This document shows positions 46,326 to 55,530 of a stretch of DNA of 64,000 nt, piece by piece. Origin of the DNA: Mangrovimonas sp. YM274. GTDB lineage: Bacteria; Bacteroidota; Bacteroidia; Flavobacteriales; Flavobacteriaceae. The stretch covers positions 1,658,128 through 1,722,127 of the forward strand of contig NZ_CP133091.1 of NCBI RefSeq assembly GCF_030908385.1, read 5' to 3'. The position numbers were made by a program, and so were the translations under genes. Below the pieces are notes generated by a model, which was given only the letters and a program-made list of their open reading frames with translations, was not told the origin of the DNA and ran no database searches. How positions within the stretch are numbered: position 1 is the stretch's first letter; every line of letters begins with the position of its first letter.

Positions 46326-47540
46326 ATGAACAAAAATATTTTGCATCTAGACCTCGATACCTTCTTTGTGTCCTGCGAACGCCTCATGGATAGTCGGCTT
46401 AAAAAACGACCTTTACTGGTAGGCGGAACGGGAGATAGGGGAGTTGTTTCGGCCTGTAGTTATGAGACTAGGCGTTTTGGAATTCATTCTGGAATGTCTA
46501 TGAAGGTGGCAAGGCGTTTATGTCCCGAAGCGGTAGTTATCCGTGGCGATGCATCCATCTATACCAAGCAGTCACAAATGGTTACCGAAATTATAAGGGA
46601 GAGGGTGCCTGTGTTTGAAAAGGCGAGTATTGATGAGTTCTATGCAGACCTTAGCGGTATGGATAAATTTTTTGGAAGTTATAAGTATGCAACGGAGTTA
46701 AGGAATACCATTATAAAGGAAACGGGGTTGCCTATTTCTTTTGGACTTTCGGCCAATAAAATAGTTTCTAAGATGGCTACAGGTGAAGCAAAGCCTAACA
46801 ACCAATTGCGTATAGAGCATGGATTCGAAAAGCCTTTTTTGGCACCTTTGTCTATTGATAAAATTCCCTCGGTAGGTAAAAAGACGTATCACACTTTACG
46901 GAATTTGGGTATAGATAAAGTAGCTACGGTACAGCAAATGCCCCTAGAGATGATGGAAACCGTATTGGGGGCCAATGGAAGAACCATTTGGAGAAGGGCA
47001 CAGGGCATCGATAATCCGCCGCTTATCCCATTTTATGAGCGTAAATCTATTTCTACAGAGCGGACCTTTAATAGGGATACTATCGATATGCTGAAGCTAA
47101 GAACCACCATTTTTGCAATGACAGAAAATCTAGCCTTCCAGCTTAGGAAAGGAGAAAAATTAACAGCTTGTATAGCGGTTAAGATTAGGTACTCTGATTT
47201 CAATACCCATACCAAACAGTTGAAGATTCCCTATACCAGTGCAGATCATGTCATTATTCCTAAGGTTATGGAGCTGTTCGATAGGTTGTACGAGCGGCGT
47301 TTGCTCATCAGGTTGGTAGGGGTTAAGTTTAGTGATTTGGTATCTGGTAACTACCAGATCAATCTGTTTGATGATACTGAGGAAATGCTAAGACTCTACG
47401 GCGCTATGGATCATATCCGTAACCGCTTTGGTGAACTCAGTATCCAAAAAGCAGCTGCTATGGGGGCCAAAACCATAGGGCGTTTCAGTAATCCATTTAA
47501 TGGTGAACCGCCTATTGTATTGGCGCACCGCAACCAATAG
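46326..47540 (+). CDS. Y-family DNA polymerase (DinB/UmuC/ImuB-like) with intact catalytic residues
   Basis: 404 aa. It has LHLDLDTFFVSCE and SIDEFYADLS, so the carboxylates are present. Confidence 0.85.
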   Translation: MNKNILHLDLDTFFVSCERLMDSRLKKRPLLVGGTGDRGVVSACSYETRRFGIHSGMSMKVARRLCPEAVVIRGDASIYTKQSQMVTEIIRERVPVFEKASIDEFYADLSGMDKFFGSYKYATELRNTIIKETGLPISFGLSANKIVSKMATGEAKPNNQLRIEHGFEKPFLAPLSIDKIPSVGKKTYHTLRNLGIDKVATVQQMPLEMMETVLGANGRTIWRRAQGIDNPPLIPFYERKSISTERTFNRDTIDMLKLRTTIFAMTENLAFQLRKGEKLTACIAVKIRYSDFNTHTKQLKIPYTSADHVIIPKVMELFDRLYERRLLIRLVGVKFSDLVSGNYQINLFDDTEEMLRLYGAMDHIRNRFGELSIQKAAAMGAKTIGRFSNPFNGEPPIVLAHRNQ

Positions 47541-47549
47541 AGTTTAATC

Positions 47550-50507
47550 GTGTATATCAATTGTCATACATACTATTCCCTGCGTTTCGGAACATTCTCT
47601 GAAGAGGAACTGTTGAAATTGGCCTCTCAAAATGGCGTGGAGGCTATGGCTTTAACCGATATCAATAATACGTCGGCTTGTTTAAATTTTATTCGTACGG
47701 CTAAAATATATCATATCAAACCAGTTGTGGGCATCGATTTTAGGAATGGTGTGTCGCAGTTATTTGTGGGCTTGGCTAGAAATAATGAAGGTTTTAGGGA
47801 GCTCAATAGTTTTTTGTCTCAGCATACTCATCAAAACAAAGCACTTCCTGAACAGGCGCCAGACTTTCCCAATGCTTTTGTAGTGTATCCTTTTGAACAG
47901 ATTATGCAAATGGAGAAGGAAACCTTTGCGGCTAATGAGTTCATAGGCATTAGTATTCAGGATTTGAGAAAACTTCCCTTTAGTCATTATAAGGATTATA
48001 AAGATAAATTGGTCATTCAGCAACAGGTGACTGTGCGGAACAAGAAAGATTTTAATGCTCATAGATTACTAAGGGCTATTGATAACAATACGCTTTTGAG
48101 TAAACTATCAAAGTCTGAAGAATGTAGTGAAAACGATAAAATGTTGCACTTGGACCAGTTATGCCAAGCGTATCAAGAGTATTCTTATATCATTCAAAAT
48201 ACACGAAAGCTTTTGGAAGAGTGTAGCATAAACTTTGAATTTGGTAAGCAGCGTAGCTCCCAAAACCTAAGTCTGTATCTGGAAAGCGCTGAAAAGGACT
48301 TTGAAATGCTCAGGGACCTCAGCTATCAGGGGCTCTCAAGGCGTTATGGTGCGCCTTCCAAGAAAGTACTGGAACGCTTGGAAGTAGAGCTCAATACCAT
48401 TAGGAATATGGATTTTGTGTCCTATTTTTTAATTAATTACGACATTGTAAATTATGCCAAGAAACAAGGGTATGTCCATGTGGGTAGGGGAAGTGGAGCC
48501 AATAGTATCGTAGCCTATTTAATAGGAATTACTGATGTAGATCCTATTGAGCTAGATCTTTATTTTGAAAGGTTCATCAATCCCTACCGTGCTTCTCCAC
48601 CAGATTTCGATATCGATTTTTCGTGGAAGGAACGCGAAGATGTCACAGCTTATATCTTCCAAAGGTTTCCGCATACTGCTTTGTTGGCTACCTACAATAC
48701 TTTTAAATACCGAGGGGTGGTAAGGGAAATAGGAAAGGTTTTTGGTTTGCCCAAAGAAGAGATTGATAAGTTGAGCGAAGGTAAAGTGCCGCAAGGCCAA
48801 TTGGACGATATGGCAAAATTGGTCCTGAAGTACGGGCAATTGATAAAGGGATTTCCCAATCACCTAAGTGTTCATTCCTGTGGTATTTTAATTTTGGATG
48901 CCCCTATTCATTATTATTCTGCTACCAATATGCCTCCAAAGGGGTTTCCAACGGTACAGTTTGATATGATTATTGCAGAGGATGTGGGTATTTTTAAATT
49001 CGATATTTTAGGTCAACGAGGCCTTGCCAAGATCAAGGATGCCTTGGAGCTCATCAAACAGAACAATCCTAATATACCTCCCATAGATATCACTGATGTA
49101 GAAAAATTTAAAAAGGATCCTAATGTTAATAACCTTCTCAGACAAGGAAAGGCTATTGGGGCTTATTATGTAGAATCACCAGCTATGAGAGGGTTGATGC
49201 AAAAATTGCAGACACAGGATTATTTGGGGTTGGTGGCTGCTAGTTCTATTATTAGGCCAGGAGTGTCCGGTTCTGGAATGAAACAGGAATATATTATCCG
49301 TCAGCGTAACCCAGAAAAACGAAAAGAGGCTAATCCTATGCTGCTTAAAATTATGCCAGAAACTTATGGTATTATGGTTTATCAGGAAGATGTTCTTAAA
49401 GTAGCTCATCAATTTGCGGGTCTTAATTTTGGAGAGGCTGATGTGTTAAGGAGAGGTATGAGTGGTAAGTTTCGCTCTAGAGCAGAGTTTTTGGGAGTGG
49501 AGCAAAAGTTTATTGCTAATTGTAAGGAGAGAGGGTATTCGGATACACTCACAATGGAGGTTTGGGAGCAAATAAAGAGTTTTGCGGGCTATGCTTTTGC
49601 TAAAGGGCATTCTGCTTCGTATGCAGTAGAGAGTTACCAAAGTCTATATCTTAAATGTTACTATCCGTTGGAGTTTATGGTAGCTGTACTTAACAATGGA
49701 GGTGGTTTTTACAGTACGGAGCATTACATTCATGAGGCCAAGATGTGTGGAGGGAAAGTGCTTCCTCCGTGTGTTAATACTAGTGATCATCCTACTATTA
49801 TCAACGGAGAGGATATTTATTTGGGTTTGGGGTATATAAAACAACTGGAGCATTATACCATAAAACGAATTCTTTCGGAGCGTCAACTTCACGGAGTCTA
49901 TAAATCTTTGGATGACTTTATTGACAGGGTGCATATTGGTGTAGAACAGTTGTCTATTTTGATTAGGATTGATGCTTTTAGGTTTACGGGACACTCTAAA
50001 AAAGAACTTTTATGGCAAGCAATGTTCAAACTCAATAAAAATAAGTTGAATTCGTCTCAGGCATTATTGTTTAGGACAGAACATAAAACCTATAAGCTTC
50101 CAAAGTTAAATAGTAGTTGTTTGGAAGACGCTTATGATCAAATTGAGTTTCTAGGGTTTCCTCTTTGTGGATATTTTGCTTTGATAGGAGAGACTTTGCA
50201 ACCCCATATTTTAGCTAAAGATTTTAGTGAGCACATCAATCAAAAAGTGTTGTTGTATGGCACATTGGTGCATACAAGGTTTCATAAAACATCCCAAGGT
50301 AAGCGTATTAGGTTTTGTACCTTTGTTGATGAGGAGGGACAGTATTTTGATACGGTGCATTTTACGAAAGTAGTCGAGTTGTATCCCATTCATGGTATTG
50401 GTGTGTATGCCTGTTACGGAACGGTTACGGAAGATCATGGCTTTTGTAGTCTGGATATTAATTGGAGCAGAAAGTTGGGTTTGAGGCAAAGCCTAAAAGG
50501 CGCTTAG
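47550..50507 (+). CDS. dnaE2: Error-prone DNA polymerase DnaE2 (ImuC), with PHP domain and Pol III alpha core
   Basis: 985 aa. It has a PHP N-terminus (NCHTYYSLRFG) and a Pol III alpha palm/fingers, and is shorter than replicative DnaE. It starts 10 nt after the Y-polymerase stop. Confidence 0.85.
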   Translation: MYINCHTYYSLRFGTFSEEELLKLASQNGVEAMALTDINNTSACLNFIRTAKIYHIKPVVGIDFRNGVSQLFVGLARNNEGFRELNSFLSQHTHQNKALPEQAPDFPNAFVVYPFEQIMQMEKETFAANEFIGISIQDLRKLPFSHYKDYKDKLVIQQQVTVRNKKDFNAHRLLRAIDNNTLLSKLSKSEECSENDKMLHLDQLCQAYQEYSYIIQNTRKLLEECSINFEFGKQRSSQNLSLYLESAEKDFEMLRDLSYQGLSRRYGAPSKKVLERLEVELNTIRNMDFVSYFLINYDIVNYAKKQGYVHVGRGSGANSIVAYLIGITDVDPIELDLYFERFINPYRASPPDFDIDFSWKEREDVTAYIFQRFPHTALLATYNTFKYRGVVREIGKVFGLPKEEIDKLSEGKVPQGQLDDMAKLVLKYGQLIKGFPNHLSVHSCGILILDAPIHYYSATNMPPKGFPTVQFDMIIAEDVGIFKFDILGQRGLAKIKDALELIKQNNPNIPPIDITDVEKFKKDPNVNNLLRQGKAIGAYYVESPAMRGLMQKLQTQDYLGLVAASSIIRPGVSGSGMKQEYIIRQRNPEKRKEANPMLLKIMPETYGIMVYQEDVLKVAHQFAGLNFGEADVLRRGMSGKFRSRAEFLGVEQKFIANCKERGYSDTLTMEVWEQIKSFAGYAFAKGHSASYAVESYQSLYLKCYYPLEFMVAVLNNGGGFYSTEHYIHEAKMCGGKVLPPCVNTSDHPTIINGEDIYLGLGYIKQLEHYTIKRILSERQLHGVYKSLDDFIDRVHIGVEQLSILIRIDAFRFTGHSKKELLWQAMFKLNKNKLNSSQALLFRTEHKTYKLPKLNSSCLEDAYDQIEFLGFPLCGYFALIGETLQPHILAKDFSEHINQKVLLYGTLVHTRFHKTSQGKRIRFCTFVDEEGQYFDTVHFTKVVELYPIHGIGVYACYGTVTEDHGFCSLDINWSRKLGLRQSLKGA

Positions 50508-50612
50508 TTTTTTGTGAAGCACGCAAAGAGTATATTTTTTTTGTAATAGTTATACTCTATATTTTTAATAAACTTAATTACGAGTAGTAAAAAGATATGT
50601 TGGAGGGGGGGT

Positions 50613-50643
50613 ATAAAAAAAGCCTTGCAATAAATGCAAGGCT
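50613..50643 (-). terminator. Intrinsic terminator just after the tRNA-Ser 3' end; the hairpin could also serve the + strand
   Basis: A 9 bp stem agccttgca / tgcaaggct with loop ataa has T-tracts on both sides. Confidence 0.5.
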
Positions 50644-50648
50644 TTTTG

Positions 50649-50733
50649 CGGAGAAAGAGGGATTCGAACCCCCGGAGGTGTGACCCTCAACAGTTTTCAA
50701 GACTGCCGCATTCGACCACTCTGCCATTTCTCC
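50649..50733 (-). tRNA. tRNA-Ser (anticodon TGA)
   Basis: The 85 nt cloverleaf has a GGAGAAA acceptor, a 3 bp D-stem, the anticodon loop CTTGAAA, a long variable arm and a T-arm GGGGG-TTCGAAT-CCCTC. CCA is not encoded. Confidence 0.85.
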
Positions 50734-50769
50734 TTGAGTGTCTCATCAGGTATTTCCTGATTGCGGGTG

Positions 50770-50777
50770 CAAATATA
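50770..50777 (-). promoter_or_regulatory. Bacteroidetes -7 box TATATTTG for tRNA-Ser
   Basis: On the minus strand the sequence reads ctatatttgcacc about 37 nt upstream of the tRNA 5' end. It is the same octamer and context as upstream of tRNA-Arg. Confidence 0.45.
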
Positions 50778-50916
50778 GTGACCTTTTTCATTTCTATCAA
50801 AGAAAATTCTATAAAAAAATTAAAATATTTTCATCTTCATGAATATAAAATTGATTTTCTGTTGGTTAAAGGTATTTTCTAATAGTACATTTGTGGAGTG
50901 ATTACAAAATATACCT

Positions 50917-51546
50917 ATGGAAATCCTTGAATTTTTAGAATGGCGTTATGCCACAAAAGCCTTTAACCCTAATAAGGAAGTGTCTTCTGAAAAAATGGAC
51001 ATCTTAAAAAAAGCATTCAATCTAACGGCAACCTCTTATGGTTTACAGCCTATAAAATTAGTTGTAATCAAGAATAAAGTTTTGCAACAGGAGCTTTTGG
51101 AGCATTCCATGAATCAAAAGCAAATTGCAACAGCGTCTCATGTATTGGTGTTCTGCATTCAGACTAATATTGATAAGGCTTTTGTTAAGGATTATTTTAA
51201 GAGAGTTCATGATTTGAGACAAACTCCGAAGGAGGTTCTAAAGCCTTTTGAGGATTTCTTGGTTCAGGATTTTCAACAAAAATCTCAGCAGGAGATTGAA
51301 GAATGGGCCACCAAACAGGCCTATCTAGCCATGGGCAATATCATGACTGTTTGTGCTATGGAACAAATAGATTCTTGCCCTATGGAAGGGTTTCTTTCCG
51401 AGGAATATGATAGAGTATTAAAGTTGAACGATCATAACCTCAAATCGGTGTTGTTGTTACCTGTTGGCTACCGTTCTGAAAATGATATGTTTGCTGGTAT
51501 GAAAAAGGTGAGAAAGCCCGTGGAAGACGCTGTTTTGGAGCTTTGA
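50917..51546 (+). CDS. Nitroreductase-family NAD(P)H-dependent oxidoreductase
   Basis: 209 aa. It has the nitroreductase N-terminal pattern (RYATKAF). Confidence 0.8.
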   Translation: MEILEFLEWRYATKAFNPNKEVSSEKMDILKKAFNLTATSYGLQPIKLVVIKNKVLQQELLEHSMNQKQIATASHVLVFCIQTNIDKAFVKDYFKRVHDLRQTPKEVLKPFEDFLVQDFQQKSQQEIEEWATKQAYLAMGNIMTVCAMEQIDSCPMEGFLSEEYDRVLKLNDHNLKSVLLLPVGYRSENDMFAGMKKVRKPVEDAVLEL

Positions 51547-51634
51547 TTAATTCTTTTTCTTTTTTTTGGACAATACATCGAATAGCTTATATTTGTTTCT
51601 TAACATAACTTTTTAACTTTTTAATTTATTCCTG

Positions 51635-52042
51635 ATGAAAAAACTATTACTAGTGATTATTTGCTTATTTAGTGTAGGCATTTATGCGCAAGATGCACAA
51701 TGGACTTCAGATTTTGAACAAGCTGTAAAAATAGCTCAAGATCAAAACAAGCCTATTTTGGTGTATTTCAAGGATTCCCAAAATTGCGATGCGTGTAAAA
51801 AAATTGAAACTACCGTAATCAACAATTCAAACTTTTCTCAAATTGCAGATAGAGTAGTGTTGGTTAGTATTGATAATGCCAATGATGATGATGCTACGCA
51901 ACGTAAGATCATTCACTATAACAATACAAAAACATTTCCTTCATTCGTAACTTTAGATTCTAAAGGAAGCCCAATTAATGTGGTAAATGAATTTAGTGAT
52001 CAAAGTATCGAACAGTACATTGGATTTTTAAAACAACTATAG
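51635..52042 (+). CDS. Secreted thioredoxin-fold protein
   Basis: 135 aa with a signal peptide and a CDAC pair in a thioredoxin-like context (PILVYFKDSQNCDACKK). Confidence 0.55.
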   Translation: MKKLLLVIICLFSVGIYAQDAQWTSDFEQAVKIAQDQNKPILVYFKDSQNCDACKKIETTVINNSNFSQIADRVVLVSIDNANDDDATQRKIIHYNNTKTFPSFVTLDSKGSPINVVNEFSDQSIEQYIGFLKQL

Positions 52043-52053
52043 TTTATTGATAT

Positions 52054-53250
52054 ATGCCCGGATTTGAGCACTTCGGTGATGCCGAAAGAAAAGAAGTTAA
52101 TGATGTTTTGGAAACTGGAGTGTTAATGCGATATGGCTTTGATGCCATGCGCATGGGCCATTGGAAAGCCAAACAACTAGAGCATGATTTACAGGAATAT
52201 TTCCAAGTGAATCATGCTCAGTTGGTTTCTAGTGGTACGGCAGCAGTGTCGGTTGCTTTGGCTGTTGCAGGTGTTGGGGCAGGTGATGAAGTCATCATGC
52301 CTACGTTTACATTTGTTGCCAGTTTTGAAGCGGTTATGATGCTGGGAGCTATTCCCGTGTTGGTGGATATTGATGATACGCTTACCTTGGACCCTAAGGC
52401 AGTTCAGTTAGCTGTTACTTCAAGAACAAAGGCTATTATGCCTGTACACATGTGTGGTAGCATGGCCAATTTGGATGCTTTACAGCAGATATGTAAGAAG
52501 CATGATTTATTACTTATTGAAGATGCGTGCCAGGCGATAGGGGCAACCTATAAAGGCAAGACTTTGGGAAGTATAGGCGATGCAGGGTGTTTTTCCTTCG
52601 ATTTTGTTAAAACCATTACTTGTGGAGAAGGAGGGGCTGTCCTAACCAACAATGAAACCTATTTCAAAAATGCGGATCATTTTAGCGATCACGGTCATGA
52701 CCATATCGGTAGCGATCGTGGAGCTGAAGGCCATCCGTTTTTAGGTTATAACTTTAGAATTTCCGAGCTTAATGCAGCCGTTGGAGTAGCCCAGTTAAAG
52801 CGTTTACCTGAAATTTTGAAAATTCAGAAACAGCACTTTGCGATTTTGCGAGATGCTTTATCCGCGATTCCTGAAATTACTTTTAGAAGTGTACCTATAG
52901 GAGGCGAGGAAAATTATTCATTTTTAAGTTTCTTTTTACCGGATACAGAAACTTCCCTTAAGGCAGCCGCGGCTCTTAAAGAAGCTGGAATAGATGGCTG
53001 TTTTCAGTACTACAACAACAATTGGCATTATATTAGAAAGTGGGGGCACCTCAAGGATTTAAAGACACTCTATCCATTATCCCAAGAGGTTAAAGATGGA
53101 TTGGCTTATCTTCAAACCAAAACTTTTGAACAGTCCGATCATTATATTGGGAGAAATATTTCCTGTTTGATCAAGTTGTCATGGACAGAGAACGAGGTCA
53201 AGGACAGGGCTTCAAAAATGGTTAAGGTGATTACGGACGTCTTGAGTTAA
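52054..53250 (+). CDS. DegT/DnrJ/EryC1/StrS-family PLP-dependent aminotransferase
   Basis: 398 aa. The N-terminus (FGDAERKEVNDVLETG) is characteristic of the family. The PLP-binding Lys lies in FDFVKTITCGEGG. Confidence 0.85.
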   Translation: MPGFEHFGDAERKEVNDVLETGVLMRYGFDAMRMGHWKAKQLEHDLQEYFQVNHAQLVSSGTAAVSVALAVAGVGAGDEVIMPTFTFVASFEAVMMLGAIPVLVDIDDTLTLDPKAVQLAVTSRTKAIMPVHMCGSMANLDALQQICKKHDLLLIEDACQAIGATYKGKTLGSIGDAGCFSFDFVKTITCGEGGAVLTNNETYFKNADHFSDHGHDHIGSDRGAEGHPFLGYNFRISELNAAVGVAQLKRLPEILKIQKQHFAILRDALSAIPEITFRSVPIGGEENYSFLSFFLPDTETSLKAAAALKEAGIDGCFQYYNNNWHYIRKWGHLKDLKTLYPLSQEVKDGLAYLQTKTFEQSDHYIGRNISCLIKLSWTENEVKDRASKMVKVITDVLS

Positions 53251-53379
53251 AACTTTTTATTTTTTCTACAATTTCCTGTATTTAAGAAAATCTTATTTCA
53301 ACCCTATTTGTCTGGGTTCTATGGTATTAGTCGCTAATTTAGTATCTTTAAAGGGTAACCAATTAAAATATAGTGAATT

Positions 53380-54342
53380 ATGAAGGCTAATCGCAGTACG
53401 TTTTTTGGAGTTTTATTTGTCGCTCTTTTATGTATAAGTTGTAAAGGAGATAAGGAATCAAAGGAGGTTGAGGAAGAAAAAGTTGCCATTGAGGCCGAAA
53501 AGCCAAAAGATCAGGTAGCAGAGTATTACACGGAAAGTATGGAATTTATTGGTCCGGATTCGCTGTCTTCTGGTTGGACCACTTTTAAGTATACAAATAA
53601 ATCATTCGAAACCCATTTGTTTTTATTAGATAAATACCCAGAGGGAAAAACGATAGCAGACACGAAGAAAGATATTTTCCCACCTTTCGACAAAGGGATG
53701 GATTTAATTAACGAAGGGAAAGTAGAGGAGGGGTATGCAGCCTTTGGAGCCTTGCCAGAATGGTTTCAAAAAGTGGTATATACAGGTGGAGCGGGATTGA
53801 TTTCTCCTAACCAAACTACCGAGCTAACCATTAAGTTGGAACCAGGATATTATATTATGGAATGTTACGTAAAGATGTCCAATGGAAAATTTCACACTTC
53901 AATGGGGATGGTAAAACCTATAATAGTGACCAATGAAGTATCTAATCATTTACCGCCAATTCCTACTGTAAATATAGCGATTTCTAGTACTGAAGGTATC
54001 GTGTTTGACGATGCTATTAAAGCAGGAGAAAACACCTTTAAAGTCAGTTTTGTAGATCAAAAAAAACACGAACATTTTTTAGAGCACGATGTTAATCTTG
54101 TAAAATTGGACGATACAGCCGATTTAACAGCTTTGGAAGCTTGGATGGACTGGTCCAATCCTAAAGGTCTTATTAATCCTGGACCGGCTGGAGTAACCTT
54201 TTTAGGCGGTATGCAAGAAATGCCAGCGGGCAGCGAAGGGTATTTTAAAGCTACACTTACAAAGGGCAAATATGCATTCATTTCCGAAGTGCCTAAAGCC
54301 AGCGATAAAAATATGTTGAAGGTGTTCGAAGTAACCGACTAA
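53380..54342 (+). CDS. Hypothetical lipoprotein
   Basis: 320 aa with the lipobox LLCISCK. No known domain was recognised. Confidence 0.5.
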   Translation: MKANRSTFFGVLFVALLCISCKGDKESKEVEEEKVAIEAEKPKDQVAEYYTESMEFIGPDSLSSGWTTFKYTNKSFETHLFLLDKYPEGKTIADTKKDIFPPFDKGMDLINEGKVEEGYAAFGALPEWFQKVVYTGGAGLISPNQTTELTIKLEPGYYIMECYVKMSNGKFHTSMGMVKPIIVTNEVSNHLPPIPTVNIAISSTEGIVFDDAIKAGENTFKVSFVDQKKHEHFLEHDVNLVKLDDTADLTALEAWMDWSNPKGLINPGPAGVTFLGGMQEMPAGSEGYFKATLTKGKYAFISEVPKASDKNMLKVFEVTD

Positions 54343-55496
54343 TAGTTTACATAATCCATAATCTCTAAACCATAGCCGATCATTCCAACACGCTTTGTTT
54401 GTTCGCTATTGGAAATTAATTTCAATTTATGGATGTTCAAATCATGAAGTATTTGGGCACCAATTCCGAAGTCTTTCGAGTCCATTTGGATACTAGGGGC
54501 TTTGATGACATCCTTTTGGTTTTGCTGCTCTTTTAGAATGGATAATCTATTCAGTAAATTGGTAGACTGGTTTTGCTGATTTATAAATATGATGGCTCCT
54601 TTTCCGGCTTCATTGACCAATTTGAACATATCGTCCAATTTTTTATCGGCATTATTGGTTAAGGTGCCAAGAATATCATTGTTTACCAAGGTTGAATTTA
54701 CACGTGTCAATACATGTTCATTGGTGTTCCATGTGCCCTTTGTAATAGCTATGTGCACTTGGTTGTTCGTGGTTTGCTGATACGCACGTAATCTGAATTT
54801 CCCAAAGCGGGATACAATCTCAAAGTCCTCCTTCTTTTCTATTAAGGAATCGTGTTGCATACGGTAAGCAACCAGATCTTCAATAGAAACAATTTTAAGG
54901 TCAAACTTTTTAGCTACCTCCATTAATTGTGGAAGACGTGCCATGGTACCATCTTCATTCATGATCTCAACAATCACACCGGCTGGTTCTAAACCAGCTA
55001 AACGTGCAAAGTCTATGGCTGCTTCGGTATGCCCCGTACGTCTTAATACTCCGCCTTCTTTTGCTACTAGTGGAAATATATGCCCCGGACGCGCCAATTC
55101 AAATGGTTTTGTATCCCTGTCAACTAAGGCTTTTACGGTTTTGGCTCTGTCGCTAGCCGAAATTCCCGTAGTAACACCATTACCTCGCAGGTCAACAGAT
55201 ATGGTAAATGCTGTTTCCATTGGATCGGTATTGTTGTTTACCATCATACCAAGGTCAAGCGCTTTACAACGAGTTTCTGTTAGTGGTGTACAAATTAAGC
55301 CTCTACCGTGAGTGGCCATGAAATTGATCATTTCTGGGGTTACCATTTCGGCTGCAGCAAGAAAATCACCTTCATTTTCTCTGTTTTCATCATCCACAAC
55401 AATAATGACTTTTCCTTGACGGATATCGTTTATGGCGTCCTCAATGGTATCTAACTTGAATTCAGTTGAATTGTTAGCGGTTTTAAGCGTAGACAT
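54339..55496 (-). CDS. ribBA: RibBA-type protein with a DHBP synthase (RibB) domain and a degenerate GTP cyclohydrolase II-like C-terminal domain
   Basis: 385 aa. RibB motifs are present (DDENRENEGDF...). The GCH-II zinc-ligand Cys positions are replaced (VNSTLVNND and TNNA in place of CxxC / CDCG). Confidence 0.8.
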   Translation of the reverse strand: MSTLKTANNSTEFKLDTIEDAINDIRQGKVIIVVDDENRENEGDFLAAAEMVTPEMINFMATHGRGLICTPLTETRCKALDLGMMVNNNTDPMETAFTISVDLRGNGVTTGISASDRAKTVKALVDRDTKPFELARPGHIFPLVAKEGGVLRRTGHTEAAIDFARLAGLEPAGVIVEIMNEDGTMARLPQLMEVAKKFDLKIVSIEDLVAYRMQHDSLIEKKEDFEIVSRFGKFRLRAYQQTTNNQVHIAITKGTWNTNEHVLTRVNSTLVNNDILGTLTNNADKKLDDMFKLVNEAGKGAIIFINQQNQSTNLLNRLSILKEQQNQKDVIKAPSIQMDSKDFGIGAQILHDLNIHKLKLISNSEQTKRVGMIGYGLEIMDYVNY

Positions 55497-55530
55497 AGTA
55501 GCATTTTGTATTATGCTGCAAAGATATAGC

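Noticed and set aside
42865-50733. A possible integrative genomic island between tRNA-Arg and tRNA-Ser.
   Set aside because: No integrase, recombinase or transposase is present. I saw no obvious direct repeat of a tRNA 3' end, and the content is chromosomal-type repair genes. The tRNA flanking is noted, but the region is not called a mobile element.
50634-50882. An 82 aa plus-strand ORF.
   Set aside because: It overlaps the minus-strand tRNA-Ser and its promoter. Its translation is simply the tRNA sequence read as protein.
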